Below, piece after piece: positions 30,616-45,200 of a DNA stretch of 64,000 nucleotides. The position numbers and the translations under genes are program-made. The notes under the pieces are model-generated. The model saw only the letters and a program-made list of their open reading frames with translations. It was not told where the DNA came from and did no database searches. How positions within the stretch are numbered: position 1 is the stretch's first letter; each line of letters begins with the position of its first letter. The stretch covers positions 10,546,973 to 10,610,972 of the forward strand of contig OZ037770.1 of the NCBI GenBank assembly GCA_964035545.1, given 5' to 3'. The DNA comes from Bugula neritina (taxonomy: Eukaryota; Animalia; Bryozoa).

Positions 30616-33600
30616 ATGGGTAAGTTTTTATGAATCTACTTTTAAAATATCATGTACTTCAAAAACGGAATTAATTTAATTTTGTTATTGTAGTAGTTTT
30701 GCAATATTTTTGTACTAAAGTAAAGTTTTATAATTTAAAACTAAACATTATTTTCTATAAAAACTGCTGCTTTCGTTGTTTTACATAAAACATTTGCATT
30801 TTTTCACTAAATTACATATATAATACGGTGTGTTATCATCTGTAAGCTTTACATTTAGCACTTAATACAGAAACCTTGTATTTTGTTTCAAAGTATATTA
30901 GTTTGAAATTTTCTTTTATTTTTTTACCAATCAATAGTTCACTTACCACAAAAAATGTGGTTAAGCAATTTTCTTGATATTTATAGTTGCAAAAAGAACC
31001 ATATCTTAAACAAACACACCATACTTCAAAAAAGTTATTATTCTTTTCTTATAATTCAGACTATTAATTTGCTTTTTTATTGCATAGTAAATTAATTTTT
31101 GTTGCTTATGAATTTTACAAAGTATTATATAAGCCTATTTAATAAGATATAGTTTTAGATTTGAAGTAAAGACTTATTCATATTTCAGATAAAAGAATAA
31201 CTTTTTTAGTGGTTTGCTGCTGCGGGCTATTACATCACAATGTAAGTTCTGAGAGCCGAAATAAAAGGTAAATATATATGTATGCTTAAGCTATACAAAG
31301 TTGATTAAACTATCAGTTCAACAATATTATTATATAGGTAATTTGGCGGTTTGAAAATTTAGATTTACTAGCTTCAATAATTTCGTAGTTATATAGCAGG
31401 TCAAAATAAAAAAACTAAATACTACTATATTATAGTATTGTTACTTATGTTGTACGCTAGCTGTTCGACAAATACAATTAAAATGTTGCTTGGATAATAT
31501 TTTTGTCAGACAAAAATTTATTATAGCTTGAGATTGTAAATTCAGTTGCTAATTTCTTACACATGTACTATAAATTGATTATTTACAGATTTCTACCTCC
31601 ACCTCTACCTCCACCTTCATTCTGCTCACAGGAATTGGTGTTTTGGTCACAGATGTGCGTTAGATATCTAGCTTACTTAAATGAGTATTATATTGTGAGT
31701 ATATTATAATACTATGTATAATATGATAATGTGTATAATATAATACAACCTAATATGCAATGATGCGATATTGTAATATGCTATACATTGTGATGGTGTA
31801 ATATAATTGGACTATATAATATAATATAATGTAATATAATATAATATTATGTAATGTAATTATTATAATATATTGCGATATAAAAATAATAATACAATAA
31901 TTAGTATTAGTGTGTGAGTATACGTTATGTTTTGAAAAGTGAAGCTAGCATATATTCATAGTAAACAAGCACTGTGTTGATTTATTACATAAATTAAAAT
32001 TAATTAAAATTATTTGCACTGATTTACTTGTGATTAGGTAGAATATATGTAGGTTAATTAATCTTAGCAAACATTAAAACCTTGGGCACTGATTAGCATG
32101 CAACAGGATAGTATAGAATACTGTAGTATATTGTTAACCATATATATACTGTTAAATTTTTGGTGTACTGCATGACCTTTTGTGTGTGTAGAGGTTTACA
32201 TGTTCCAGTCCGGCTGATCCTCTATTAGTGAAAAACGTTGTTGACTGTGACAGTTTTTTCTCAAAGGTAAGATAACGCATGTGAATTTGAAAGTTTATAT
32301 GGTCTATCATTAGCTATAATGGAAAAGGTCAAAAACTCTATTTAAGAATATTGTTGGTGTATCTATATGACTGAATTGCTATTATAATATTATATTAAAA
32401 TATTCCTATTTTAACAAAGTACAGGAGTATTTGCAGTAATTGTTATACCAAAATAAAGAAAGATAGTTAGGCAAAAACACCCAAGCCTTGAAATATCTAT
32501 AACAAGTGATGAGTAATTTTATTTTTTATTTTTTGATCTAGCAAATTGATTGAATAATTGAGTAAGTGCAGGAATAGAGAAATTCAGAAAAGCCTGTGTT
32601 CTAGATTATAGAAATGTGGCAAAAGAAGTTATGTTCTTGCAAGAATTTCAACCCACACCCCAGACCAAAATTTAATAAGAAAATCAGAGAACCTAAGATA
32701 CCTCAATTTCTCCAGTACTACACTTATAGCTAGAATAATGATAACTATAACCATGACTACTTTGTATTTATTAGGAAAGAGAGGTCCTAGTTCAAGAGTT
32801 GGAAGAGCACCGCTGTATGCTCAAAGGATTCTTCACATATGGTAAAAATAATGTCTTTGGTAAACTGTTTGACAAGATGCGTTTGGTACTCCATTCAATA
32901 GATGAGTATAGTTTCACTGACTGCGAAGCATACAATGTGAGTTTGAAATTTTAGTCTACTTATATAAAACTATGCTGTTAGTTACAGTAGCCAAATACCC
33001 CGATTGGCTTTATGACGTTCAAATTTATGTTTCGGCATAACTTATAAACTTTTAGAGGAATTTATTGTTAGGGAACATACTAAGCATAAATTATAATATA
33101 ATTATATTATAATATGTTTATATAGCAGTTGTTGAAACAAACCTGGTGAAAAATTTGATAGCATGCCATGAATGTGTAAGCAACTTTGTAAATTTCTTTC
33201 AAGTATAAGATTGAAATTGCACTCAAAGATTTAACTGAGGGAAGTAAATAAAATGCACATAATACAGTTTGCTGCATAACAACTTAATTTTAAAGCTTTT
33301 TAACTCTGTAAAATAATCTTACAAGCATAATTCATTATATATTTTAAGTTTTACTTTGTGAACTATCTTGGATACAGCCTTATAGTTATATAGTCCTAAT
33401 TAATAAGCAAAGTGGTCTATCATGTAACATTATCTAGCAAATATACTGCTAATAATTTGCTATAAATCAATAAAAATCTCTAAATATATAAATGCAAAGC
33501 ATGCAAATAACTTTTAATGTTGCCATGGCTTCTTTAATAAAAGTTATTAATAGTAAAAATATTATATTATAAAAGTTAAAATAAAAAAATATTTTTTTTT

Positions 33601-34082
33601 GAAAATGTACTCAAAGTTTGAACAACACTTTTAATGTCTTTGTGAACATGTGTGTTAATTGAAAAAATGTAATATTTCGAATTTGAAATTATTAATAATT
33701 ATGTTTTGTAACCATACGTTTTTAGTTTAAGAAAACCTATACATTTCAATCAAACATTCTGAAAGAAAACAAAAACTATAATTTTGTTCCTAATTATAGA
33801 ACTAATGAAATTTTTTTGTAACCTCATAATCAAGTAACCATTGATCATCATAACATATTCGAAAACACAATCTCTCCCATTAATGCATTATTCAAATATA
33901 GCTTATTGTCTGAATTTCAGAAAAGGTTTCAATTAGTGCAGGAACACAAGAAAGCATATGATGACCATTTAATTCCACTGTATGAAATGGTTAGCTGTAT
34001 CCAGAAGGCATGCAGCAAAACCTACACTGCCGAGTTTATGAGAACAACCGGCTGCACTCAACATATTGTATTGGATCTTTAA
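30616..34082 (+). CDS. Orphan secreted Cys-rich pro-protein (~195 aa; signal peptide, RNKR furin-type site)
   Basis: Exons 30616-30619 (ATGG), 31189-31267, 31589-31694, 32192-32266, 32775-32936 and 33921-34082. All GT-AG, phases 1,2,0,0,0, 588 nt open. MDKRITFLVVCCCGLLHHNVSSESRNKR/FLPPPLPPPSFCSQ...RTTGCTQHIVLDL*. Confidence 0.72.
32563..32726. mobile_element. MITE family 2 copy (intronic)
   Basis: taagtgcaggaatagagaaatt ... aatttctccagtactacactta; internal similarity to 41958-42105. Confidence 0.65.
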
Positions 34083-34894
34083 CCTGGAAGAATCCTATTA
34101 AACCTTTAAGTTTGAAAAATGTCATATGAGTTGATCAGATATTTGTAAAAATCAGAAAATTGAAAAGTTCAAGTTTATTATATAAATGCATTATATTTTT
34201 TCATATTATAATTTACTATTAATATCAATTCCAAATGATAAATATCTTTATTAAGGTCTGCCAATGAGCGTTGTAAGTTTTTTAAAAACGAGCTCGATTA
34301 ATTCTTTTTAAGGCTCGCATCAAATGCTAGTGAACAAGTGCTATTCTGTGTATAAATATACTAAAGTAAAATGCAACCATCTACTCTAATATCGTATTAT
34401 CGTATAGTTGCAAATAATAAATATGCTCAATAAATTATATGCCAACATATATATGATATTTTATAGTTACTTGAAAATAGGCTCAATTAGTTTTAAGGCC
34501 TGAAGTTAATGCCAGTGGGCAAGTGCTATACCCTATGTAAACGTACTATTGGAAAAATGCAATCATCCACTGTAATACATAATAAGAAATTATATTGCAT
34601 ATTATTCATATATACATAATCATTAATTCTGTTAAAACACTCGTATACTATTAGTTGTCTTTTCATGTCTAAAAGTCAAGAACAGATAACTTCTTATTAT
34701 AATGATACATATTTTCTTATTTTCCACTGCATGGATTATAATTTTCTTTACTATTTGCATATATTATCCTGTAAATTTCATATATGTTTTCAACGCAGTG
34801 CACTATACATATTTAAGTCAACTAGACTATCTTTTTGATAAAAAGTATTTTCAATTACTGCACGGCTAAGCACAAAGCCATATAGTTTTATAAA

Positions 34895-35080
34895 ACCCAC
34901 GGAATTTTATAGTCACCATCTCTGGGAGAAACCCCTGGTGGAAGACTTTTTTGGTAAATTGGGCTAGGGACTTATTCAGATAGGGCACAAGAGCAATTAT
35001 GACTAGATGCTCTTTCTAACATCACCAATGGCCTTTGTCAAGGCTCAAGCCTATGACTTTGTGCTTACTAGCTTTATAGC
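34895..35080 (-). mobile_element. SINE copy (antisense)
   Basis: Reverse complement of the 15431-15647 body (gggacttattcagatagggcacaagagcaattatgactagatgctct). Confidence 0.75.
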
Positions 35081-35487
35081 CTTATGCTGTATCTTTATTA
35101 TAAATGCAAATGCGGCAAAAAAAATATTGTTATACCATAAATACTTTTTTCGGAATGCGTTTCATTTTATAAGAATTCATTATTGTGAAAACTATAGTTG
35201 ATCAATGGACATTTAACTATTTCATTCAAGCAATTGATGTTTGTATTGAAATGCATGTATTTTATGTCAAGTTATGCTAGGAAAAATATCATCAAAGCAT
35301 GTAAACATAGCATCAACATTAACAAAAAAGTGGCAATTCTATTGTCAAGAATATAAATAAATAATATGTCAAAGAATTGATTGCTTTTTAAAAATCTAAG
35401 CTACATTATATTATATACTGACATATCTGAGTAGAGGTATTAGCAGAGAAGTTGAGATTTTGATTTGTTAAAATTTGTAATAATAAA

Positions 35488-36647
35488 ATGCAAGTAGAAA
35501 GAAAAGTCATGCCGTTTGCTTTACCAAGTGTGATATGCTATTTATGCATTTGCTGCACAAAGGTATGTCGAGACTGATCTTATTATTAATATAAATCTTA
35601 AACTATAATTAATTATATCTAAACAAAAGTATTTTTTAGTAGTTGTCAAAATATGTATAGATTTGAAATATGCAAAAATTAAAATTAGACATTTAAAGCA
35701 GAGTAGGACTAGTTGAGCCAAAAATTGGTATTGAAACAATAAATGCGTAAAAATTTTACTCACTAAGATAGAGCCAAATTTTCACCTGTTTTTCCGCCCA
35801 TTTTTTGGTGGTGAAGGGCAATTTGAACCATTTTGTGAGAAAGTTAAACCAGTGATATTTATCTTGTAATATAAATTAATATAAATTGTTTTAATGTTTT
35901 ATCTAAAGCTGAAAAGTGATTTATTGAAATTTAACAATAAAAAACATAAAAATGAATTGAAATAAACAAATTAATAACCAAAACACTTAATGCGATATAT
36001 GTAATTGTAGCCATTTAGTATCTCAAAGAGAGGTGCTGTAGGTGTTTCGGAATCTATAAGCAGTAACAGCGGTAAAAACTGCTTTTAAAAGCTTTCAAAA
36101 ATTGTCTTTCTGAAATTCATTTTTAAACAAGTTATACATATATATGATGTGGTTCCTTTCATATAACATAAGAAAATACACAACCCGTAAGTTGTAATGT
36201 TAATGTATAACATAGGCAGATATCAATTCCATCTTGATGGTAAAACAGCCTGATGGCAGTTGTGTGACTCAAGCAGATCAGACTGTGGAACAAGTTCATA
36301 GTCTGAGAAAGTGTGTGAAAGAATGCCTGAGATCAAACATTGACTGTCAAGGAGTTACCTACGATGATACTGGAGCCAAGTGTGTTCTATCAAGAGAGAC
36401 AACTCTAAAAACATGTGACAGTGGTGGGTCTTCTGTAACCTACATCACTAGCAAGAAATTAGAGTCATCTGTTGATACCAGAACAACAGCTGCACAAACA
36501 GCAGCAACAGCAGCTATAGCATCAACAACTACCATCACTGACTCTACCGATACTACACAGCAAAGTACTGAGACTGTAGCTAGTAGTTCAACTACCAAAT
36601 CCAGCTTTGGACAACAAGTTAATGATTTTATTAACTCTTGGGGTTAA
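35488..36647 (+). CDS. Secreted PAN/Apple + Ser/Thr-rich protein lacking the lectin-like domain (copy E, ~168 aa)
   Basis: Exon 35488-35562 (MQVERKVMPFALPSVICYLCICCTK|gtatgt) joins exon 36216-36647 through a phase-0 intron at the same position as in B and D. PAN core CVKEC-x6-C-x11-C. No lectin exons recognisable downstream. Confidence 0.72.
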
Positions 36648-37421
36648 AGTTGCAGCAACATGGCAGAAATTTATTATAAGCCACTTTTGAGTTGAAAAAA
36701 AAGCATGATTGCGCTATTATCAAAACACTAACACTATTTTGTTTAAATATATAATATTGGTATGTCTGAAAAATAAAATGGTTATAACATCTTCAGTGGT
36801 CTTACTCTATGTGTATATACAAATGTTCTACCACATGTGCGTATATGACCGGCTTTTACAATTGTTGAGCATGAATTATTTTCCTAAACATAGCTGAAAT
36901 TGATTCGTTAACTATACATTGTACACAATTATGTATTTGAAGTTACCATTGAAACCAATTGATTTTTAGATCAAAGCTGTTGACTCATTGAAGTCTAAAT
37001 ATTTACATTACCACTTTCTCACTGAGGTGACTGAATTTCTGTATGTTAGAATAATCATAATTAAATATAAGGTCATGCTTGCTTACAGACATTTTGTCAT
37101 AAAATATTAGTAAATTTTCCACATGTTGCATTGCATCCCTGTTCCAACTTATGAGTATTCTATAACAATTATAATGGCAATTTATTTATACCTTATCATA
37201 CTCCCAGCTTAGCCCTACTAATGCATATATGTATACAAACTATAGTATATACCAGCAGATGTTACATCAATGAGCTGGTCAATTAGTCATCATAGATGCT
37301 CTATAGCTACCAGTTCCAGCATTTAGACACTACAATATATATTATAACTATTCATGCAGCGTAAACTCCTAGTGAGTGCATGGAGTGTCAGTTTGAGAAA
37401 ATAACTCTTGAGCTATGAAGT

Positions 37422-37930
37422 TTGAGAAAAACAAGAGAGATAACTCTAAAATCATGTGACAGTGGTACTTCTTCTGTAACCTACATCACTAGCAATGATT
37501 TGGAGTCATCTGTTGATGACAGAACATTAGCTGTTGCAACATCTACTGATACCAAAACAATCTCTGCTAGTATAACCACAACAATGTCTACTGGCACCAC
37601 AACAATGTCTACCATGGTACCACAGCAGTGTCTACTAGTACCACAACAATGTCTACTGGTACCACAGCAGTGTCTACTAGTACCACAACAATGTCTACTA
37701 GTACCACAACAATGTCTACTGGCACCACAACAATGTCTACCATGGTACCACAGCAGTGTCTACTAGTACCACAACAATATCTACTGGTACCACAACAGTA
37801 TCTACTAGTACCACAACAACAGCAGTTGTAACAGCAACAAGTAATCAGAATGATGCAACAGCCATAGTTATACTGCTGCTCAAGCAGCTAATGATCTTTT
37901 TGGACTTTTGGGTTATTATTACAAAAAACA
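37422..37930 (+). pseudogene. Partial duplicate of the copy E PAN/stalk exon with a frameshifted 21-bp Thr repeat
   Basis: REITLKSCDSGTSSVTYITS..LESSVD.RT matches copy E. About 11 accacaacaatgtctactggt-type units, two of which are 23 bp and shift the frame. The N-terminal half of the PAN domain is missing. Confidence 0.75.
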
Positions 37931-38107
37931 CAATATCAAATGTTTGTAAAAAATAAAATGCCTGTGAAACCTTCATTAGTTTTGATTTATATGCCTAGAC
38001 AAATTTTACAACTCTTCCACTGCTTTTATTTAAATTAAATTTTAAACTACACCTCCTGCGTGATTTCGATTTGTTTATATAATGTATAAACATATTTACG
38101 TATATAC

Positions 38108-38290
38108 AGCTGTAGTTTAGGGGTTAGAGCATTTGCCTAGTAAACATGAGGTCATGGGTGATGTTAGGAAGAGCATCCAGTCATAATTATTGCTTCTGTG
38201 CCTCATTTAAATAAGTCCTTAGCCCCCTTCAACAAAAACTCTTTTTATCAGGGGTTTTTCACAGGAATAGCGGTTATAAACTTCCGTAAA
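38108..38290 (+). mobile_element. SINE copy
   Basis: gggttagagc head; body gatgttaggaagagcatccagtcataatt...aataagtccttagccc. Confidence 0.75.
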
Positions 38291-38339
38291 ATTTTTTATT
38301 AAAATAATTGTATAAGCTTTCATTTTTAATAAGTAATAC

Positions 38340-38341
<2 letters not shown>

Positions 38342-38401
<60 letters not shown>

Positions 38402-38445
38402 CGCGTGTGCGTGTGCGTGTGCGTGTGCGTGTGTGTGTGTGTGTG
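38342..38445. repeat. Compound (TA)n(TG)n(TGCGTG)n microsatellite
   Basis: Direct reading of the sequence. Confidence 0.95.
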
Positions 38446-41278
38446 TCTTTCTTAGGTTGAGAAGATAACTGTCATCATATTTGATCACAAACTAATCAGC
38501 TGATGATAATAAAGAGAATTTAATTGTGGGCTATATGGGCATACTTTCACAGTTACAGTTGCAGTTTCCAGTTACAGTTCCTAGGTCTTCTGGCTTCTCA
38601 ACTGTTGCTATCATCCTTGCCTTGCATTCATGTTCTAGATAACACTTGCACATCTGCAAGATGTCTCTTTTCTTCAAGCAGTATAATGTTTCATATGTCT
38701 CTGTGCCTTCTCGAAGTTATTTACGAATACCAAAAATTGAATGAAATTAAAATGACCTCTTTCAAGTGGAATATCTGCAAAAAATACACCGGTTGTGTAT
38801 TAGTTTCCGGAAACCAATTCATATAGAAAATGAAAAAGTTTCAAACATTGAAAAAGCAACCTTTGTTAATAATATCTATGCTTATAGTTTTCCCTAGTCT
38901 ACCAATACTACAAACACATTATAATATAAAAATGTTCCTACAACTTGGGAATTGGGCAAAAGAGCTAAAACTTAAAAAGAAATTTATTATTTATTAAGCT
39001 ATTTGCATGTCAATATATTCACCAAGTTTTTATATCAGCGCAGATAGTGCATATTGTTTGAGCACAAATGCTTTATGCTGCTGCAACATGAATGCTGTTG
39101 CCTGAACTATTATATTGATTATTGCCAACAGAGTATATTCTTTCATTTTAAAAACTGTAACTTGAGAGCATAAAAAATCTAGTTTACAGAGGTCATTGCA
39201 TACAAACTTTTCACATCATTTTAAACCAAAGATAATATTCATTCGTTGAAATTATTTTACTTTTGAGTTGAAAGTTATGTGAACAATCTTTGTGCAGAAT
39301 AAAATTTTAAGTAAATATGGCTTAGCTCAATCTTCTCCTTCACTGTTATTAAGAGATATACCAATTCATTCAATAATTGTGATATATAAGCAACAAAGAA
39401 GCTCCTGTTATAGTTATCAGTGTATAATGTGTGATACAAAGCAAGCAGTCTGGCTATATTAGAATGATTCTAAAATGTGAATAAGTAACTAGTGTTCTAA
39501 TATAATATCTTATCAAAATAACAAAAAACCGACAAAATAGAGCTATTGGAACATTTATAGTTCCACTACTTAACCATGTCAAATGCAACAGAGCATATTA
39601 TACTAGCAAGATTTTTATCAAGATAAAAGTACTACTATAATATAACATAGTGACTGATATATATTGTTTTGGATTTGGTCACCATTGTTGTTTTAATTTG
39701 CATTTCATTAGATATGAGAGGATAACTCCATGACACATACAAAAAATACAGCAGCTGACCAAATGGAAAACATTTATATAATTTGTTTAGGTTTTAAACT
39801 ATATTATATTTTCATAGTTGTACTTTAAATAATTGAAAATCTTATTGAATTTATTAAATGACTGTTGCAGTGTAATATATATGGTATTTTCTTTACTTAT
39901 AATATTATGCTATTAAAGCTGTTGGAATAAATGTACATGCAACAACAAGTTTTGTAAGATTATTTACTCTCATTCCATGTGATGCAACCAGCGGTGAATC
40001 AAAAGTGTAGACTTTGTACTCTATTAAAGTTTATGCAAATGGCATAAACAAAAGTATAATTAATAGATATACTGTGATCACATTAGGCTGTTATATAAAT
40101 TAATATGTTGAGCAAATTTACATAAGTTGCAATAGTTCCAACCTGTGAATATAATTTATTATACTTTGACACAAAAACCTATGATTCATAGTTGTTTGGT
40201 GGCAACATATATTAGCCAATGAAATCACTATAATATGCATTATATTCCATTTTCATGTACCATGCAGTAAAACTAATATACAATGTATAGTGATTGTTAC
40301 ATGTCCTACAGTGTATGGACAGGTTTTCATGCACCTGCGAGTAAGGTAAAGTTATATAGTCTTTGGTAGTCTATAAGAAAGGATTTTACTCTATCTTTTA
40401 TTTTCATTAGGCCATACATGCATATATTGTTAAATCATAAGAGGAAACAATTATCATTACCTGCTTCTAAAATTATTATATATGAAGTTTTTGCTTTGAA
40501 AGAAGTTTACTGCAAAACAATTTACTATAGTTGACTTTATTACTGCTATATATTAGTGACAAATTTGATCAGTCTATTTACAAAAAGAATTTTACATAAT
40601 GCAGTATCTCTAATTGTCTTTAGCTACTTTTTACAATTTTGCTGCTAACATAAATGTCTTTGACGCGAAATTATTAAAATATTACTAAATACAACTAAAA
40701 GTAAAGATAACGAGTTTTTTTCTCATTTCGATTGATTTCCTATATATATATATATATATGCTTTTTTCTATAAAGGCTTCAGTGAAATGGGATCTGCAGA
40801 TTGTGATGAAAAAACCATCACTGGTCCTGGTATATATAATGCAGTACTTGGTTTATATATGCGACAATCACGCCATTGCAATTCAATGTTGCGGGACAGC
40901 TTCTCTCAGCCATCCTTTTGTTATGGACAGTTAGAATAAAAACATAAAATTTTTCCATATAGTAAATTCTCATGAATTTTGAGCAAACTTCAGGTTTTGG
41001 TCGTAATTTACTGATATGTACGCTAAATGAAGTTAAATGACCCACTGTAAATGTTTTCTAGTTCTATGAGAGACTTTGACATTTAGTTTTAGAAGTTAAG
41101 ACATGTATATGGCTATACATAATGAGTTGTAATTTATAAGCTGCAGTTGTAGTTTCTGTTATTTTACTTGGCCAAATCAACTAGTCAAAAAAATTGGAAA
41201 ATACCATGAAAATATTGGAAAAACTGTATTCATGTTTAATCTGATGCACGGGGCATTTGTATTACTAAAATGTTACAT

Positions 41279-41394
<116 letters not shown>

Positions 41395-41957
41395 TTGTAA
41401 GACTGGAGCTGTAGCTGTATATAGTTAACATCCCCTTCTAATTCAGAGACACTAAAATGAAACAAAACCTTGTTTTAAATATAAAGGAAGGTGCCAATAC
41501 TCACAAATTTATAAATAGATGCAGTTCTTTTGAATTATAACTGATTGTTTAGAAAAGTACAGGCCTTAATCAGGCTATAAGAACTATGAGTTATTAGGTC
41601 TAATAAATAGCCTACACTGAAAAAAAACTAGAAAGAATTGTTGATTTAGTTGCTTTGGGAAAAAACGCTAACCAAAGAACTATTTAAGTATAGATGCAAA
41701 CTTGTTTTTTGCAGTGCACAATATAATATATAGAGTGTCTCTCAAATTAAAGTGGGTCATCTGTGTTTATAATAGTAATTCATGCAATGCTAGTTAAAGC
41801 GATACCATGCTTTGTAAAAGCTCCTTTTTGATATGATATCATACATTGGCTGATCAAAACAAAACTCTTCTTCATAGGAGGCTTTTCTCAATTTATATAG
41901 CATTTCAGCAAAAAAATGTCCAATTGTTTAATTGTGATGCCTGACAAAATACTGCAG

Positions 41958-42105
41958 TAGGTGCAGTAGTGGAGAAATCAAGAGAAAGCTGTGTTCCAGC
42001 TTAGAAATGTAGCAAGAGAAGTTATATAGCCTATGTGTCCCAAACAAAACTTTAATACAACAATTAAAAACTTATACTATCTCAATTTCTCCACTACTGC
42101 TCCTA
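41958..42105. mobile_element. MITE family 2 copy
   Basis: 21-bp TIR taggtgcagtagtggagaaat / atttctccactactgctccta (1 mismatch), with TA at both termini. Confidence 0.8.
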
Positions 42106-42205
42106 AATGGTAAATATAAATGCGCTTTTGCTTCCTGTTTCAGTGTATTACAGCTAGAAGATCCTTTGCCCTTTACTAAAGAAAACCATTGCTTATATTT
42201 TAGTT

Positions 42206-45200
42206 ATGAAGATTGCTGTCGGTCAAGTAGCAAAAGATGCCAGGAATGGAGAAAACGAATATGCAGCTATCTTTACTACTAGTGGTAGTAGTTTAATGAA
42301 ACCAAATAACACTACTGAAGCTCCAAGTATATCTGTCATAGAAACTGGCAACAACAGACACAAGAATGAGGAACTTTTGTCAAAGTCAATCAACTGGAAA
42401 TTCATGTATTATAAAACTCTCTTCTGCAGTTAATTACTGTAGATTAATGTTGGTTGAATGATTTCATGTTATACCAAGGATATAACAAGTGAGGAGTGTA
42501 TAAATCTCACACGGCAACAACATTAGACTATGAGCCAACTGCAGTTGTGCTCAGCTAAGCGTGATGAGTATTGTATGTTTTTGCCAACTTTGTGCTAAAC
42601 TAATGTTACTTCGACTTTGAACTTTGTCTGGTTTTCTCCATTACTTTCAACAGTAATGTTGGATAAGTTGAGGCTATTGACGCTTTGATTCCAGCATTAC
42701 AGTCTAAAATTAAATACTAGTAAAGCATTGGGTTATCAAAAATTTGTATAGTTAGACTACCAGTGGCATATCTTAATGTTGGCATAAATTTTTGTTGGAG
42801 CAGGTCATTTCTTGCTATCACTGCTTTTGCGATAAAACTTCTATTTTTAAACCAAAACTGCCTAATTAAATTTTTTGTTATATAGTGTTAAAACCTGGAG
42901 ATATCATACTTTTAATACAAATTCAACTTTAGAGTTGTGCACCCATGTCATTTTAATTTGTATCGAGGCTTCTCTAGGCATTTCATCAATATTATAGTTT
43001 ATCAGTTAGGCAATAGAAATGTTGCAATGTTATTGTGGTGGAGAAAGAACAAAATAAACACTGCAACCAACTGGAGTTTTTGAAAATACTGCTTTGTGTT
43101 GCTCGGTTCGTTTTCTGATGGTTTAATTCACTCATAGATTATATACACAGTAGATTATTTAGCTTATAATAAACCACTAGTGTCTTATTTATAGAGAACA
43201 CTAACATTGATTCTCATTGGCAGATTGCGTTAGATTAATAAATATAATGAAATGTTAGTTTATACATCTTATCTTGTTGTATAACCTTGCTAATTTAATG
43301 TCTTGTTTCAGGAATAATTTCGCAGTGGCTCAGATTGTATGTGGGGTTCTGCTGATCATTATGAATATTCCACCCCTTTACTGGACAATGATGAATGAGA
43401 ATAAATCAGTTTATTTATCCATCTTACCTGCCTCTGAAAGCAGATACAGAGTTGGTTTAGCCTGTGGTCTACTAGTAAGTGCTTTATTACATATATATTA
43501 GTATTATGTATACGTGCATATGTTAAGTTGCCTTTATACCTTCACAATTTTCGGTCAGAATTTCAATTTGGCCGGGTTGAAATTTCACCGAGTTGCATTG
43601 CATTGTAAAAGCCACCCGTAAAAATTTTTGTACTGCGATAACTTAATCGGCCAATTTTAGAATAGGAGTAATAGCTTCTTGTAAACACCGTTATTCAGTT
43701 ATTACTTTAAGGCGATTAGACAACGTACTTATACGGTCATAATTATATAGCCTACGCCTTCTCAATTATCGCTTTTATGCTGCCCGCTTCACTAATTCAC
43801 GACGTTTACAAAGGGCATCAAATAGCTATTATGCGAGTCAAATTTTAATTTCAGAAAGTGAGCAACCGCATCAATATGATTTCAACAAGTTTCAGTTTGA
43901 CTATAAAGGGGTACCCGGACAAGCATTATTTACTTAAACTCGGTACTTTTTTTAGCAGAGGTATAAACGCAACTTTATAAGTGTTAGTCAAGTTCTAAGT
44001 GATCAGCACCTTAAGTTAAATCTCCATATCATGTTGTTAAGCTCTACAATTTCTAAAAGAGGAGCAGCAGTCATCTGGGGTTAGAGCGTTTACTTAATAA
44101 ACATGAAGTTATGGGTTTGAACTGGTTAAAGGCTATTGGTGATGTTAGGAAGAGTATTCAGTCATAATTGCTTCTGTGCCTCATTTAGCTAAGTCCTTAG
44201 CCTAATTTAACAAGCTATAAACTTGTGTGGGTTTTTTCGACAGTTTACAACATTCGATCTTATACACGAATCGCAGCAATTTATAACTATATTATATGCA
44301 TATAGACAACAATAAGTGATGCTACAACAGTGAGCTTCTGCTTTGCTCAACTATATATATGGTCATTTTTCTGACAATACTGTTTTCAAACAAGGCTGTA
44401 GTAAAACATAACTTTTTCAACATAATAATGCTATAAATAATCAAAAGAAAAAGGAACTTTCTAGAAAATATGCTCATGATTAATGTCTTATAAAACAGTA
44501 AAGCGTCAAATGCAGTTGAAACTTGTAACTTAATATAACAACAGTATAAACAATTTAAATATGATGTATTTAGATGAAATTGTTATCAAAAGTTATTTTA
44601 CGGAGGTAATATAATATATAATACATTTCTATTTCAGATGGTTATTTCTGGCAGCATTGAAATGTTGGCAATAAGGAAAAAACTAGCATTCTGGGTAATA
44701 TAATTACTTGAATAATATATTTTTTCTCATCTAGCTGCCGATATTTACAATATAGCATGTAGTTAAACACATTGCCTATTTTATAGAAAAAACAATCTTT
44801 AAACGTTTTTGCCTACAGTACATACATGTTAAAGCATTCTGTTATAGTATATACTATTTCTATACTGTAAATTTAAATCAATTTGGTTTCTATAACAATT
44901 TTTGCATAATTTTTTCTTTCAAAGTTCTTGTAATTGGAACATAATGAGATGATTGTACAATTTTTTATACTTTTTAAACTTATAATGTCGGCATTTATAT
45001 ACCAAGTAATGAAATAATCTTAATCTTAGGTCATAATTTCTATTCTGCTGCAATATTTGGCTATTGGCATTATGTGCTTCACTTTGCCATTTGCGCTCTT
45101 CCAAATATTCGATTTGATGGAATGTAAGACACATGGCAATAGAATTGAACTGTAAGTAATTATTATTTGAAAAACTCAAATCTACTCTATTATGATAATA

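Noticed and set aside
33126-33175. Possible extra exon (VVETNLVKNLIACHEC) in the orphan secreted gene
   Set aside because: Its phase is incompatible with the strong donor at 32936 (it gives TGA). It would need a weak internal donor near 32841, so it was left out pending RNA data.
38545-38715. Minus-strand peptide with C..CKAR resembling a FLYWCH/MULE zinc finger
   Set aside because: The key Trp and His residues are missing; too weak to call.
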